This document shows positions 62,235 to 64,000 of a stretch of 64,000 nucleotides of DNA, one piece after another. Source of the stretch: the human T2T-CHM13v2.0 reference genome, Homo sapiens; NCBI RefSeq assembly GCF_009914755.1, contig NC_060939.1, one strand, 5' to 3'. How positions within the stretch are numbered: position 1 is the first letter of the stretch; every line of letters starts with the position of its first letter. The position numbers and the translations under genes were made by a program. The notes under the pieces are model-generated. The model was given only the letters and a program-made list of their open reading frames with translations. It was not told where the DNA came from and ran no database searches.

Positions 62235-62490
62235 GATATTTTCTGATCATCTACCGTGTGCCAGGCACCATGCCAGGTACCAAGATGCCATGGTGAGGTA
62301 TACACAAAAACAGCTCCTGCTTGCAGGAAGCCTACTCTCTAAAACAGTGCTTGCCAAGCTCGACTGATCACAACTTGGGAGCTTGTTTAAGTTCCAAATC
62401 GGCTTCCCTGCTTTGGTGAGCCACAATCCGTGGCATTTTTATCAGGTGCTCCCAATGATTCCTACACTCTAACGGGTTTAGGAGACAAGG
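62235..62490. mobile_element. L2 fragment followed by MER5-like DNA transposon fragment
   Basis: 'catctaccgtgtgccaggcaccatgccagg'; 'ttgggagcttgtttaa...gcatttttatcaggtgctcccaatgattc'. Confidence 0.45.
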
Positions 62491-62719
62491 GTGGGGGTAA
62501 GCTCGAGAGCCCAGAGCCATCCCGTCCAGCGGGAGCCCCACCTCTAAAGTCCATGTCGCTCAGCATCCTTCCCCCTGACTAGTGGCCCAAACACAGCACG
62601 AAGCTGAGGTGGGTGGAACGCTTTCCAAAACAGTGCTCTGTGATGAGCCACCGACAGACTTGCTCGCCACTGGGGACGAAGAGCTCACTCCTCACAAACC
62701 CCACCCGGGAGAGGTAGCA

Positions 62720-63730
62720 CCTGATCCTCCCGGGCTGCGCCGACACCTGTCTCCCCGCGGGTGCCGCCTACTGCTCTGGTGGACTCCAGTCCCCAGCTTC
62801 CGCCCCACGGGGACTGGGGGGAGGGGGGAGGCACCGCGCGCATTAGGCGCCGACTGTATACCGACCCCCCCACCCCCGGTGTGTGCAGGCCAACACCCAT
62901 ACACACCCACACACACCCACACACACTCTCGCGGAAACTGAGGCAGGCAGGCGGCCGACCAGGTCCTGTCGCCTGACGGCTCGCGGCTGGGATCGAACCC
63001 GGACTGCGAGACACCCTCCGCCTCGCAGGCGCTCCTCAGTCGCTGAGGCCCGGCCCGGCTCCCACCGCCGGAGTTTGACAAAGAAAGTCTCCCGGCCCGA
63101 GCCCCTCACGCACTCACCGGCGCCAACGCTGGCGGCGACTCGGTCTCCCGCCGCCTTCAGCTCCTTGCGGGGGTCGGCCCTTGGGCCGGCTCGGGCGCCG
63201 GCGGCGGCCACTGCTCCATATCCACGGGGTCCGGGCCGCGTCCGCCTCGAGCTAACGGTCCCACCAGCTAGGCGCGTGCGCCGGTTCCGCGCGCCATGTT
63301 CCCGCCGTGCTGCGCGCCGCCGCGGCGACCCTCACTGCCCCCCAACCGCGCACGCCCCCGCAGGCCCACACACGAACCGCGCACGCGCGCGTTCGACGCG
63401 CCCCGCTCCCCGCGCGCCCGGCCTCGGGCCCTCTGCAGCTGGCCGCTGTTCCCAGTGTCTCACCCACCCCCGCCGGAACCGTCCGACTGGGCGGGTGAGC
63501 GCGCGGTTCCCGACTCAGCACCGCCGCCTGCCTCTCTGCAGACCACCCCTGACCCGACCTCTCGGCCATTTCCCCACACTGCCCCTTTCACTTCCCCCAC
63601 GGCGCGGGGCCTAGGACGAGGGTCTGGGCCAAGAAGAACTTCCCCGCAAGAAGTGCCGAGCTAAGGACGCTACTAAGGGGGTGGGATCGCCACCGTGGAG
63701 GTGTGCAAGCACGTGCCTGCGTCCCGGTGA
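62720..63730 (-). promoter_or_regulatory. CpG island, duplicated TTC28 promoter/exon 1 region
   Basis: Very high GC and CpG density (many cgcgcg runs) around the exon described below. Confidence 0.85.
63118..63219 (-). pseudogene. TTC28: Duplicated TTC28 coding exon 1 with premature stop (unprocessed pseudogene fragment)
   Basis: 102 nt = MEQWPPPAPEPAQGPTPARS*RRRETESPPALAP, versus the recalled TTC28 N-terminus MEQSPPPAPEPTQGPTPARSRRRREPESPPASAP. TGA at 63159-63157; phase-0 donor CCG|GTGAGT at 63118/63117. Confidence 0.88.
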
Positions 63731-63825
63731 CAGCCAGACTCAACGGAGAAGCTGAGTTCAAGTCCCACATCTCCACTAACCCTTGCGTGTTAGGGTCAGG
63801 GCTTCGGGACTTGTTTCTCCTAAAT

Positions 63826-64000
<175 letters not shown>

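Noticed and set aside
62843-63664. 122-243-aa ORFs across the CpG island
   Set aside because: GC-rich stop-poor frames; the informative frame is the 34-codon TTC28-like exon.

Overview
Human/great-ape non-genic DNA with the architecture of a pericentromeric segmental-duplication mosaic. No intact cellular protein-coding gene is supported. From left to right: ~2.9 kb of GC-rich unique DNA; a 15.2-kb (GGCT/GGCTT)n satellite with clear higher-order structure (an 878-bp tandem duplication and about five 1.7-2.4-kb units); an Alu/L1/LTR-rich block with two VNTRs, one a 6 x ~159-bp amplification of an L1 3' segment; an AT-rich block; a (CATTT/CATCT)n array split by a full-length ~6.0-kb L1PA2/3-type LINE-1 (ORF1 intact, ORF2 dead, TSDs visible); a ~5.8-kb CAGGG-type array; a probable REP522-like segment; old L1 and Alu clusters; and a CpG island carrying a duplicated, nonsense-mutated copy of TTC28 coding exon 1. 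That exon points to the CHEK2/TTC28 (22q12) duplicon family. Almost all long ORFs in the track are artefacts of strand-skewed simple repeats. I found no convincing new biological system. The best leads are the satellite higher-order structure, the orphaned TTC28 promoter/exon, and the L1 antisense promoter facing satellite DNA. Repeat-family names come from recalled consensus motifs, not from a database search.
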